Notes under the pieces: generated by a model | Seen by the model: only the letters and a program-made list of their open reading frames with translations | Told to the model about the DNA's origin: nothing | Databases searched by the model: none | Position numbers and translations under genes: made by a program | From: the human T2T-CHM13v2.0 reference genome, Homo sapiens | Reading direction: 5' to 3' (one strand) | DNA length: 64,000 nt | NCBI RefSeq assembly: GCF_009914755.1 | Contig: NC_060929.1 | In this document: in pieces, positions 22,141 through 40,981 of the stretch | Layout: each line of letters opens with the position of its first letter | How positions within the stretch are numbered: the first letter of the stretch is position 1

Positions 22141-22439
22141 TCTAGTTATCTCTTCCTCTATCTATATCTATATATCTATATTTATAAATGTATAATTTTC
22201 TTATGTGTGTCAAAGAATGAGGGCTAATGAAGAATTTGTGGTGGTGTGAAAGCTGAAGCCATCTCTTGGTTTAGCCCCTGCAAGCATCATAATATTGAAT
22301 CGTTTACCTTTTCCCAGTGGTCTCAAATGCCACCTCTATTACATATTAAATCTCCATATATATGAAGATTTTTTTAAAAGTATTATTTATTCTGTTAGTT
22401 CAGATTGTTACTACATATTTGTTCACTTTTAAAAAACAT

Positions 22440-24102
22440 TTATTATTATTATTGTTTTTAAAACCCATCACAGAAATGGACAGTCTGGGTCTGCAAAAGC
22501 ATTCATGTTTTAAAGCATAGGTCAGTAGTTGTATATTAGAGCATACACTGCTACATAAAAATTAACTGATCAGACCACAACTTTTCAATGTTTAAAACAG
22601 AATAAGCTTCCCTGTAAAAGCAGCACCTTTGTGACGTTTTCACTTTAGTATTCCTCTCTTTCTTCCTCACCTTCTCCTTCAACAGAATCCACACCAACCT
22701 CCTTATAATCCTTCTCAAGGGCAGTCATGTCCTCACTGGCCTCAGAAAACTCTCCTTCCTCCCTTCTCTCACCCACGTACCAGTGAACAAAAGCACTCTT
22801 GACATACATTCAAGTCAAACTTGTGGTCCAGGTGAGCCCAGGCCTCAGCAATGGCTGTGGTATTGCTCAGCATGCACACAGCTCTCTGTGTCTTGACCAG
22901 GTCTCCACCAGTCACCACAGTGGGAGGGCTGGCAGTTAATGCCAACCTTGAAGCCAGGGGGCACCAAACCACAAATTAGATGATACACTTGGTCTTGATT
23001 GATGGTGGCAATGGCAGCATTGACGTCTTTGAGAACCATGTCACCACGGTAAAACAGGCAGCAAGCCATGTATTTACCATGGCAAGGCTCACATTTCATC
23101 ATCTGGTTGGCAGGCTGAAAGCAAGCACTGGCAGTCTCTGCTACAGAAAGCTGTTTCATGGTAGGCTTTCTCAGCAGAGATGACAGGGCATATGTGTCCA
23201 GACGGAAGTGGATGGGGGGATAGGCCACCAGCTTGGTCTGGAATTCTGTCAGATCAACATTCAGGACTCCATCAAATCTCAGGGAAGCAGTGATGGAGGA
23301 CACAATTTGACCTATCAACCTATTCAGTTTAGTATAGGTTGGGCGTTCAGTATCAAGGTTCTATGCCAGATATCATAAGTGGCCTCATTGTCTACCATGA
23401 AGACACAATCAGAGTGCTCCAGGGTGGTGTGGGAGGTGAGGATGGAGTTGTAGGGCTCAACTACAGCTGTGGAAACCTGGGGTGGTGAGTAAATGGAGAA
23501 CTGCAGCTTGGACTTCTTGCCGTAATCAACCGGGAGTTGTTCCATGAGCGGGGAGGTGAACCCAGAACCAATTCCTTCACCAAAGCTGTGGAAAAACAAG
23601 AAGCCTTGGCGATCCATGCACTGTTCAGCCAGTTTACAAATTTGGTCCAAAACGAGGTCAGTGATCTCCTGGCCAATGGTGTAGTGCCTTCAGGCATAGT
23701 TACTGGAAGCATCTTCCTTGCCTGTGATGAGCTGCTCAGGGTGGAAGAGCTGGTTGTAGGTGCCAGTGCAAACTTCATCATCAATTACCATGGGTTTCAG
23801 GTCTAGAAACACTGCCCTGGGCACATGCTTGCCGGAGCCCGTCTCACTGAAGAAGCTGTTGAAGGAGTCATCTCCTCCCCGAGTGGTCTTGTCACTTGGC
23901 ATCTGGCCATTGGGCTGGATGCCATGTTCCAGGCAGTAGGGCTCCCAGCAGGCATTGCCAACCTGGACACCAGCCTGGCCAATGAGATGGAGATGCGGTC
24001 ACGCATGATTACTGCTTCACGGCTGCCGAGGCGATGGTGGAGACAAGGAGAGATTGTTGCTTCTTACAGTGCGACTCTTAGGTGATTGATATAAGAGAAC
24101 CT
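22440..24102 (-). pseudogene. Processed alpha-tubulin pseudogene, TUBA1A-like, with 5' UTR, disrupted CDS (22645-24006) and 3' UTR
   Basis: Intronless. Fragments [52 protein letters not shown] and [21 protein letters not shown] and the tail [15 protein letters not shown] lie in several frames. UTRs (aggttctctta...gaagcagtaatcATG; aaaacgtcacaaaggtgctgc) resemble TUBA1A as I recall it. A-rich remnant near 22440-22460. Confidence 0.95.
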
Positions 24103-25336
24103 GCCTATTATTTTCTTTCCTTCTTCTGAGGCAAGAGTGACACTTAAAAAAAAAAAAAAAACTTAACCTTCCTCTTGTCCCTAACAACTGCCACCTCTCA
24201 CTTACCTCCAGTGCTGGGTAAATATTTAAAAATTATCAGATGGGTTGCTTATTCTGTGTGAAGGGATCACTTACCAGGTATGAGAGGCTCTTAATAAAGG
24301 TTTCAAATCCACTTGAACATTTTATGGTTTTATGGTGATAAAACTAGGAGCTTTTGTTCCACAACACTCTTTTCCTTATCCATAGCCATAGCCTTGCGGC
24401 CTGTTACCCTGATAGACTTTCTTGAGTTTTGCTCAAATAGAAAACGAGGTTTTTCTAACACCCACTAAGGGCATCCCTCAAGTGTTCTCTGCTTCTTAGT
24501 GAGCACGCTACATTAGAGCTGGAGAAAGTTACAAGGCAGCAAAAGAGCAGTTTCTGCTTTGACTTACAAATATTTTTAATTCCCTAAAAATAAACCATTA
24601 GCTGCAAACGGGTATGAGTGTTCCCGCACCGTTTCCTAAATTAGTTATTTCTGAGCAGATGAAGAATACATTTTGTTTTGCTGCTCAGGGCCACCTTCTT
24701 GTGATTCAATGCATGATTCCATTCAGTATCTTAATGCTATTCCTTTTGTTTGGAGGCAGGCATAGGTCCTCAGAGAAGATGGGAAGATTTGTGTTTTGGA
24801 AATGAATGATAAATGAGATGAAAATTTTCATTGCAGAAACTCGGGTTTCTATTGGGACATGACTTCATTCTCTACCTCAGATCTTTGAAATTCATGGTTT
24901 CACATGTTGTAATGTTTACTTAAATACACAGTTTTCACCTTCACAGAGCTAACAGTCAGGAAATCAAGGGCAACTGCCTTAACTTCAGATGGCCTTAGTT
25001 TTGGTTTTGGTTTTTGTATCTGTGAAAAGGGAATGACAATACCTCACTTTACAGAGTTGTCATGTCGTGTCATTCTTTCATTCATTCATTCATTCATTCA
25101 TTCAATGCATGCATTTAATGAGCACTGTTGCCTGTTGTAAAACGCCTAGCATCTTATTACAAATATTATATTTTTTGATGTGGCTAATTTTAACAATTAT
25201 TTTAAAAATTGTATTATAAGCAATTTTAGATATACACAAAAATGGTGTATAGAACATTACAACTCTCCATGTACTCATCACCTAGCATAAAAAATTCCCA
25301 GCTCATGGCTAATCTTGTTTAATTTAAACTCCCATT

Positions 25337-25764
<428 letters not shown>

Positions 25765-26821
25765 TATTTTAAAGCAAATTCCAGACATTATTTTGTCTGA
25801 CAACAATTTTTAAGGATTAATGTTTGATCCCATTCAAAGCTTAATGAAACCTTTTTAACCATTTTAAACTGCATTTATAATTTGTTTCATTTCCTTTTAA
25901 AAAACTTTATTTGATAACAAAAATGCTTCCAGAATACTAGTAATTCTTACAAATATAATGATTTAAACATATAGACAAGGGTGAACCTTAAGCTCTTTTA
26001 AATACATTTCATTCAGTGCTATTTTAAAACAATAAAAGTTCAACTTAAAATCACAAATCTAAATTAATTATCCAATTCTTCATTTTAAATTAGAGTCACA
26101 AAACTATTTTGTTATTTATTATGCCAAATTATCTTCACATAACAAGTACATTGAAATACCAATTTCATACAAGTTCATAAGACAAAAATATTAATACTGG
26201 AGGGTTTGAGTCTCTTAAGCATTTTTGTTTTTAACACTAAATCTTCTCAAGGTTAAGAGATACTCAATTGTCAAGCTACTACTGTGTCATTCCAGACCCC
26301 ACAGATGGGTAGCTCCCACCTCATCTGCTGCATTGGTGGATTAAACTCAACTATCTATTTTCTGTTTCATTCTATACTGAATTGTTTTCATAATCTTCCT
26401 GTTGGGACCTAAATTCTTACAGATATTTGACAGCTTTGTCCACCTCTGAGGTTAGAGTCATAAGGAAAATGTCAATGACAAAAATGTATTCAGTAAGGAT
26501 GAATTAGATGGTTAAATAAACTTGGGGACCACTGAATTAAACAGACATTTGTTTGTGCGTGTGGTTTTAAAACTACAAGACTGTAAGGTACTAACGCAAA
26601 TATCTAAGAGGGGTATAATGTGCAGCAGTTCCAGATGTATTTGACTACGGACCTATGAACTATTCCCTCCCCATCTTTTTTTTTTTTTTGGATGATTCTC
26701 CCATGAAACCTAGAACAGAGCCTGGAAATGGCCAACCTGGAGGCCAAATCCAGCCTGACACTTCAGTTTCACTTCGCCAGTGTTTTAAAAGGAGTTAATC
26801 TATACTTTAAAAATTGAGAGT

Positions 26822-27305
26822 TGACAGGCATGGTTGTTCACGCCTGTAATCACAGCCACTTTGGGAGGCCAAGGAGGGTGGATTACTCGAGACCGGGAGT
26901 TGCAGATCAGCCTGGACAACATGGCAAAACCCTGTCTTTACAAAAAATAACCAGGCATGGTGGTGTGTACCAGTAGTCCCAGCTACTCAGGAGGCTGAGG
27001 TGGGAGAAACACCTGAGCAATGGGATATCAAGGCTGCAGTGAGCTGTGATTGCACCACTGCACTCCAGCTTGGGTGAGAGTGAGATCCTGTGTCAAACAA
27101 AAAACAAAACAAAATTTAAAAACCACCAAAAAAACATAAACATTAAAAAAAAAATGGAGTCGCCAGACTTGGTGGGTGGATTGCACCTGTAATCCTAGCT
27201 ACAAGGAGGCTGAGGCAGAAGGATTTCTTGAGGCCAAGAGTTCAAGACCAGCCTGGACAACGTAGTGAGACCCTGCCTCTAAATAAAAAAAAACTAAAAA
27301 ATAAA
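26822..27305 (+). mobile_element. Old Alu followed by a monomer (AluJ/FLAM-like)
   Basis: Diverged Alu consensus with A tails. Confidence 0.8.
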
Positions 27306-28774
27306 AAATTGACAGAGTTTACCAAAAAATTCTTAATTGCCAGTTTCTTTTCAAGAATTATAAGATCTGGCGAAAGTAAACCTGCATTCTGGCATGGCTG
27401 CCCTGGCTGGAGCTGAGCAAGGGCTGCCTCACCACGCCAGGCATAGGCACTGCACTTGGTCACTGACGTAGAACTCCTGCACTGTTCTAGGCGTTTGAGT
27501 CTGTGGCATTGATGGCAAAGGGAACCTCAAGTGTTGTAGAAGTAATATATGGGAAGAGCTGATGTAAACCCATCAGACTGGATGGACTGTCCCTGGATGC
27601 TGGGTGTGAACTGGATGAGGGTAGACCTGGGCTGAGTAGCCCCGCTCTGAGACCAAGTAGGGGAGAGGTGGTGTCACAGAGCAGAACTGCTGTCCTAGAA
27701 ACCAGCTCATACTGACTGCTTTTCTATTTGCTTTGGAATTTCCCCCATTGCACTGCATGGGGATCTTGACATGTGTGCTGAGAAATAAAGAGCTGAGCTA
27801 AAAGCAAAGATGACGCAAATGATTTCAAAATGGTAAAATATACTTTCAAATGAGATGAATTTGCTAATTATTCTCCCTGAGGGTGCACCTGCCTGAGAAG
27901 GATTATAACTGAGGACTAGCTGTCTTGAACCTTGTTGCCACACACAGAGAATACTCAGCTTTTCTTTTAAGGAAACCAATGCCTGGCCTTGCCAACCAAT
28001 GAAAAGGTTGCCTAAGAGCCTCGCCCAGAAGTTTTGTAAGTTAAACTCAGAGAGAACAAAGGTGAGATGGTTTTCATTGATATTATTTTCACAGTGGGTT
28101 ATAAGTCAAGAAAATGAATTACCAAGTAAGCTCTGTTTTCTTTCATCTTATTTAATGCATTGCTATATAGCAACAGCAAGCTAATAATTAAGGACCATTC
28201 TACCTGCTCCAGAGGCTTTGATCTGCAGTGATGTGACTCCATAATTTTGTCTGGTTGAGTTTCTAAGCTCTCATTAATGTCCATAAAAATTGATCAAAAT
28301 CTAAAGGGCAAAGGCAAAAGAACAACAACAAAAAACTCACTTACATCTGAAATTTTGTTTTTAATTAGGTATGTGATCACTTCCGTTATTTGCTTAGCTT
28401 TCAACATTATGAAGCTTGATGTTTTGGACTCTACTAGAAAGTAGTCAAAAATATATACTATTTAGAGCAACCCCACAACCTGTGCTTCAGAACTCCTATT
28501 TCTAGATTTCTAAGGAAAATTTCTGGGAAAAAATTATGCAAAATAAAAATGAATATTTAAATACCCATAGATACACACACCCAAACAGGATTTACCTTTT
28601 CTTTTAGATTTTTTCCTTCTACTTTTTTATTCCACTAGAATGTGTAAGAATTCAGAGTTTTTTCTCACTGTACTGTTTTTTAAATTTCTGAGATTTGCTG
28701 GCAATTCAGGTAAAACAGAAACCATATGTTTTACTTTATTGGGAGCATAATAGTGTAACGGGAAATTCTAATAA

Positions 28775-34650
<5,876 letters not shown>

Positions 34651-34660
<10 letters not shown>

Positions 34661-34718
34661 CTAAGGGGTACACCACCACACCCTGCTAGGAGGTACAACA
34701 CCACACCCTGCTAAGGGG
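34651..34718. repeat. 25-bp tandem repeat (~2.7 copies) at the broken end of an Alu
   Basis: Unit cacaccctgctaaggggtacaccac. Confidence 0.9.
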
Positions 34719-35910
34719 AACTTTATCTTAAAAATGTTTTTAAAAAACATCCTAATTGGTCTCTAACCTAGAGATGTGCTTAGTTACTGATACCTGGTCC
34801 CTTTTAAGCCTATGTTCGTCATCCTTCTTCCAGATTCCTTTCTCTCTATCCAGAAATAGGAGCAGTACTGGGCATCAACCTCCTCTTTACTTCCCTTATT
34901 TATGTTTATTTGGCAACCCCATACTTAACCTTAAGTATAAGCTTAGGAAGCCTTATTTATACTTAATTGTAATAATGTGATATTATTGAGCAGAGTTGGA
35001 AATCCATACTTCCAAGGCAGTCTCTCATGTTTTCAGTCAAATTTTTGGTTTGGAATGCTCAAGTCCAAAAATCAAGTTTAACACATATTTACTTAGTAAA
35101 CACTTTCTATATGTAAGAACTTATACTCCATTTTGAAGGAGAGAGGAGGTGAGCAGGACATACCTACAAGTCAAAACCAGTTCCCACCTTCACTGAGATG
35201 GGACATTTTGGAAAATGCACGAAGTGCTGTGGGAATTCAGAGAGGAAGAGAGTATTTCCTGCTGGAGAGTGCAGAAAAAAAACATCCCGATGACATCGTA
35301 GGTGGGCAGCATTTCTTGTCACTGGCAATGCTGTAAACCCTCCTTTTCCACATCTTCAAAATAAGGTGCTGGGCCTAGAAACTGACACCTGCTCAGAAAA
35401 ATTCAAAAAGTGAATGTAGGAGGAAAAATCAGCCTTTGTCATAAAATGACATAGGAAGAAAGAGTGGAAGCAACTAGTATAGGACAAGTTGTGCAAGAAC
35501 ATGAAGTAGTAAAGGAGATAAAATATTATTATTTGAATAAATATGAGAAATTTTGAAAACCATTAGTAATCCGGAATCTTTCATCTTTGCTATCATATTA
35601 TTTTTAAAATTTGGTTTTAAAGCAACACAAGGCAATGTGCATATTTTCTTAAACTTTAAGAAATAGAAAAATTGTTTTGCTAGAAATATGTACGGACCTT
35701 AGGGGCTTTTCTAAAATGTAGGTTGAGAGGTGTGTGTATATGCTCTTTTCTTCTTACTAGATCACATGTAATCAAGCATCTACTACTGATATGAGTCATA
35801 AATTTGTGGGGTACTTTTAGATCAATGCTTACAAAGCAGTTGCACATTCATTACAAATCCTGTACAGTACATTAGCATAAGCTAATAAATTTCTTACTCT
35901 CTATTCTTAG

Positions 35911-36604
35911 GTTGAACCAGCCAAATTTTCGAGACAGCTCACGGCTTAGAGGAAGGTTCATCTAAATAAAGGCCGGCTAAAGTGACATTGCAGGGATTAA
36001 ATCCTTCTTTGGCTGCCTGTGTGACCAGAAGGCTTATTTGCAAGTTTCTTCTTTCCTGGGGTCCAGATTATTAGGTCTCCAGCGCCCTGCAGCTTGACAG
36101 AAAGAGAAGCATGAAATGAAGGTCAGAGATGAGATCCCGCAGCAGGGACGTGGGGGCCTCCCAGGGGCATTTACGCACCAGAGTGCAAGATTCTCTGGCC
36201 ATCAAGGGAAATAGCAAACAGAAGCCTTTGTCCTGGGGCACAGCCACCTACCACAAAGCATCAGACTCCACGTCTGGCCAGAAAGTTCCTGGAGTCCCAT
36301 CAGGCCAGTGGGTATGTAACATGTGCCTAATTGTACAGCTAGAGCCTGCAAGTTCAACGTGAGGGAAGGTGGGAAATGTCTTGAGTGAGGCGAGCAGCTC
36401 CTGGCTGGGCTGGGCAGACTCAGCTACCACGTTCACTGCCTTCCTCTCACTAAAGCCGAGAGGGAGGCTGCTCAGCTCTCAGGAAAACTCTTTTGAACCC
36501 TGGGCACCTGCTGTCCTCAGTTGGCATCTCCCACCCTCTGAGCCTCTTCTGCTCCTGCACAACCTGCCTCTTCGCTGAGATGGAGACGTGAGCCCCCGTG
36601 GACG
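35911..36604 (+). other. NIM1K: Spliced 5' UTR part of the NIM1K coding exon (694 nt)
   Basis: Branch-point-like gctaat and pyrimidine tract ttcttactctctattcttag|g give an acceptor at 35910/35911. Repeat-free sequence runs from there to the ATG at 36605. Confidence 0.8.
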
Positions 36605-36896
36605 ATGACTGCAGTGTATATGAATGGAGGTGGCCTGGTGAACCCCCATTATGCCCGGTGGGATCGGCGCGACAGTGTAGAAAGTGGCTGTCAGACCGAG
36701 AGTAGCAAGGAGGGTGAGGAGGGACAGCCCCGCCAGCTGACGCCCTTCGAGAAACTGACACAGGACATGTCCCAGGATGAGAAGGTGGTGAGGGAGATCA
36801 CGCTGGGGAAACGGATAGGCTTCTACCGAATTCGAGGGGAAATCGGAAGTGGAAACTTCTCCCAAGTGAAGCTTGGGATTCACTCCCTAACCAAAG
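36605..36896 (+). CDS. NIM1K: First coding exon of serine/threonine kinase NIM1 (AMPK-related), 97 codons + 1 nt; the remaining exons were not found in the window
   Basis: Translation MTAVYMNGGGLVNPHYARWDRRDSVESG...IGFYRIRGEIGSGNFSQVKLGIHSLTK matches my recollection of the NIM1K N-terminus and contains the kinase Gly-rich loop GSGNFSQV. CpGs are retained locally. The donor AAAG|gtagga at 36896/36897 ends the exon; the ORF-track extension to 36949 is intron read-through. Confidence 0.95.
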
Positions 36897-38351
36897 GTAG
36901 GATCCGACTTCCCAAGGGTCATCCCTGGCAGTATTGGGACCTAGTGTAGGAAAGGGGTTAGGTGGCCAGGGCCAAGGAAGCAAGTAAAGTGACCTCAGCA
37001 GAGCCCCTGCAAGGCCCACATCCTGTGCCAGCCGCCTTCTGTGGTCTTCTCAGTTAATTTTCACAGTAACCATGTGAGGTCAATATTTTTTTCCATTTTG
37101 CAGATAAAGAAACTGAGATCCAAAGAAGGCAAATGTGTCTTCAGTTCCATCTTAGAGGTTTTTGACTCCAAAAACCCTTCCACCATACCATGCAGATAAA
37201 CCCACTCAAACATGAGAAGAATCTGTCCTCTCCGGTGAGGCCCTTGAGAAGTGGAGTGGAGCGTGGCTTGGAACCAAGCCACCTCATCTCCCAAGCCACC
37301 TCATCTCCCAAGCCCATATTTATAGTTTCCATTTACATTTGTGTCTCAGTAACAATGGCACAGTGCGGCACAGGAGATCCCCCCGATGGGCGCTGTCTCT
37401 GGATAGCAGTGTCCAGTTTCCCTTCCATCCAGAGGCTGCGACTTCTGTCATATTTGAGAAAAAGGGATTTGATCTCAGAACCTTTTCTGTTCAGTCCACC
37501 CTGCCCTAGCTCTCATTGTTTGGCTCCTCACTCCCCATTTGCTTGGCTACTGGAAACTTTGAGATTCTGGACTAGCAGCGCCCAGCACTTTGGCCTCAGG
37601 GAGAAACCATATGGAGAGCCCAGCACCCTTCTGCTGCTCTGACCCCACTGTGGGCACTTCCCCAAGGTACCTGTAACTTAGCAGAAGTCTGGGGATTATC
37701 ATAAGGGACTTACAAGACAGAAAAAGAACACTTTACAGCTCGGCATAATTTACTCAGTCCTAAAACCCATGGACTCTACCGTCTCCCTAGAGTCCCTGAT
37801 TGACATTTTCTCTGCTTGGACTCAGCCAGCCACCATGTCTCCAAGGCCCCTCTTTTCTTATATTAGAGTTGTCTTTTGCTTCCTTTTCTTCTCCAACCCC
37901 CAATCCCATGCCCCTCCAATCCCTGTTGTTGGCCTTTATAGAAAAAGCTCCACATACATGTTTGCATACATGTACCTCCCCACCGCAACTGACCCACACA
38001 CTCCCAAGTCACCGGAGTTTCACGTCTTCTATACTCTTGCTCTGAAGCCTGTGTATCTGGGTTCATGTCTTCACATCTTGGCTACTCTGCTTACTCATCT
38101 GGGTAAATTACAATACTTGTCTGAGCCTTAGATACTTCATTTATAAAATGCAGCCAATAACAGTGCTTACTTCATACGGTATCATAAGGATTAATAAGTG
38201 CTCAACAAATGTTAGTTAGTTGCTTAATAAGCCTTGCCTTGCCTTGCCTCTGTGCAACCAAAGATCAACTAAAGTATCTTTATCAGAAGTTCATTCCTGC
38301 CCATCCCAATACACAAACTGAGATCAATGCAGCTGCCATGCCCTACAGCCA

Positions 38352-38528
38352 TAGTTTTCAACTGACTGCACATTAGAATTACCTGGGAAGGTTTAAAAGA
38401 GAATTAGTGCCTAGAACCCACCTTCAGAGCTTCTGATGTGATTGGTCTAGAGTGGGACTGGGCATGGGTAGTATTTGAAAACTCTCCAGGTGATTCTAAC
38501 TAACAACATGTAACACTAAGAAATACTT
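38352..38528. mobile_element. MER5-like hAT DNA transposon
   Basis: tagttttcaac...gaattacctggga...ccaggtgattctaa pattern. Confidence 0.6.
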
Positions 38529-39401
38529 GCCTACAGCAACTTGCACATACTGCAGACAGCTTTTAAAATAGTACTTTTTTGGTAGTTGCCACAAATGGGT
38601 AATCTAAGTATTATTTGTATTTTAAAATCAATTATGAGGTATTGTGTCAGGTTTCCATGCTACGTTTAACTTTCAAATTTCATTTCACTTGAGAGAATAT
38701 TCATTTATTATTCATTTAGGTGAACAACAGAAGCACTATATTAGGCCTTGGGGGATATAAAGATGAAATAGATACAACCTTCATCCTCAAGGATAAGGGA
38801 AGAGAAGTTGTGTACAAATAAATATAATACAAACCAGAATTTGAAAAACATAGAAGAGAAAAGCTATGAGCTTAAAGGAAGGAAAGAGACTCTTCCACCT
38901 TAGGACTACGGTGAAAGGCTTTAAGTGAAGGTCAAATTTGAGCTACACCTCAAGGAAGGATAAGATTTTGGATAGGCAGTGATTATAGGACAGAGGAGGG
39001 TTAGGGGGTTAGTTAGAGGAGAATGTGAACAAACGCATTAATGTGGGGAAATGACATATAGTACAGTTACCCTAACAGTAGGGGAAGTAGGGTAAAGGGT
39101 TGGAAAACTTAGCTGTGGCTGAATCATAGGGGACTTTGAACGTTATCCAAGGATTTTGGATTGTTTTTCTTACAATGAAGACTTTAAAATTTTTGTGATT
39201 AGAATTGGGCTTTTGGAAGGTTAACCATATAGTGATGAGAATGAAGGTTGAAAAGCAAGAGATGCAGGAGACAGGGAGCTATCAGGAATCTATGGTGATG
39301 GTTCAGCCATAGGGAAGAATATCCTGAGCTAGGTGGATGTCAGTCAAAATAGAAAAGAGGAGGGAGCTGGTGATGCCAAAGAGAAGAATCTGGAGGATTG
39401 G

Positions 39402-40328
<927 letters not shown>

Positions 40329-40679
40329 GAGTTGGTAACTGATTGGATGTAGAACTGAAGATGGAAGGATGGACGAAGGCAATGACCTTGCTTTAGTTGA
40401 CTATGTGAACCAAAACAGGTGATGCCTTTAATAGGAATAGGAGAAAGAGCAAATTTGGGAGGGAAAAAGTTGAGTGAAAACACTGACATCCAGAAGGAGC
40501 TGTCTACTGGGCATGCTCCAGTCATGGACAAGGGCATGAGGTCAGACCAGGATTTGCATTGAGAAGATTGTAGAAATGGATGCAGTCACTGAAGGAGACT
40601 GTGGAGAAGGGTGATGAGCAACCTTTTTACACTTAGTAACTAGTTCTACATCCTAGTTGACATTTTATGTATGGATTAG

Positions 40680-40981
40680 TTTTTTTTTTTTTTTTTTTTT
40701 GAGATGGAGTCTCGCTCTGTTGCCCACGCTGGAGTGTAGTGGTGTGATCTTGGCTCACTGCAAGCTCTGCCTCCTGGGTTCATGCCGTTCTCCTGCCTCA
40801 ACCTCCCGAGGAGCTGGGACTACAGACACCCACCACCACGCCTGGCTAATTTTTTGTATTTTTAGTAGAGACGGGGTTTCACCATGTTAGCCAGGATGGT
40901 CTCGATCTCCTGACCTCGTGATCTGCCCGCCTCGGCCTCCCAAAGTGCTGGGATTACAGGCATGAGCCACCGCGCCTGGCC
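40680..40981 (-). mobile_element. AluY
   Basis: Diagnostic gttagccaggatggtctcgatctcc; TSD ggattagtttt. Confidence 0.9.

Noticed and set aside
22645-24006. Functional tubulin retrogene
   Set aside because: Multiple frameshifts starting within the first ~10 codons, and altered conserved motifs.
27450-28400. Apparently repeat-free stretch, a possible conserved element or non-coding exon
   Set aside because: Conservation cannot be assessed without alignments, and I see no clear splice or motif evidence.
36897-36949. C-terminal extension GRIRLPKGHPWQYWDLV of the kinase ORF
   Set aside because: It lies after a canonical gt donor, and kinase similarity (the expected VAIK motif) is absent; intron read-through.
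37190-38131. 150-aa and 120-aa + strand ORFs after the NIM1K exon
   Set aside because: No kinase motifs or recognisable domain and no convincing exon boundaries; probably chance ORFs.
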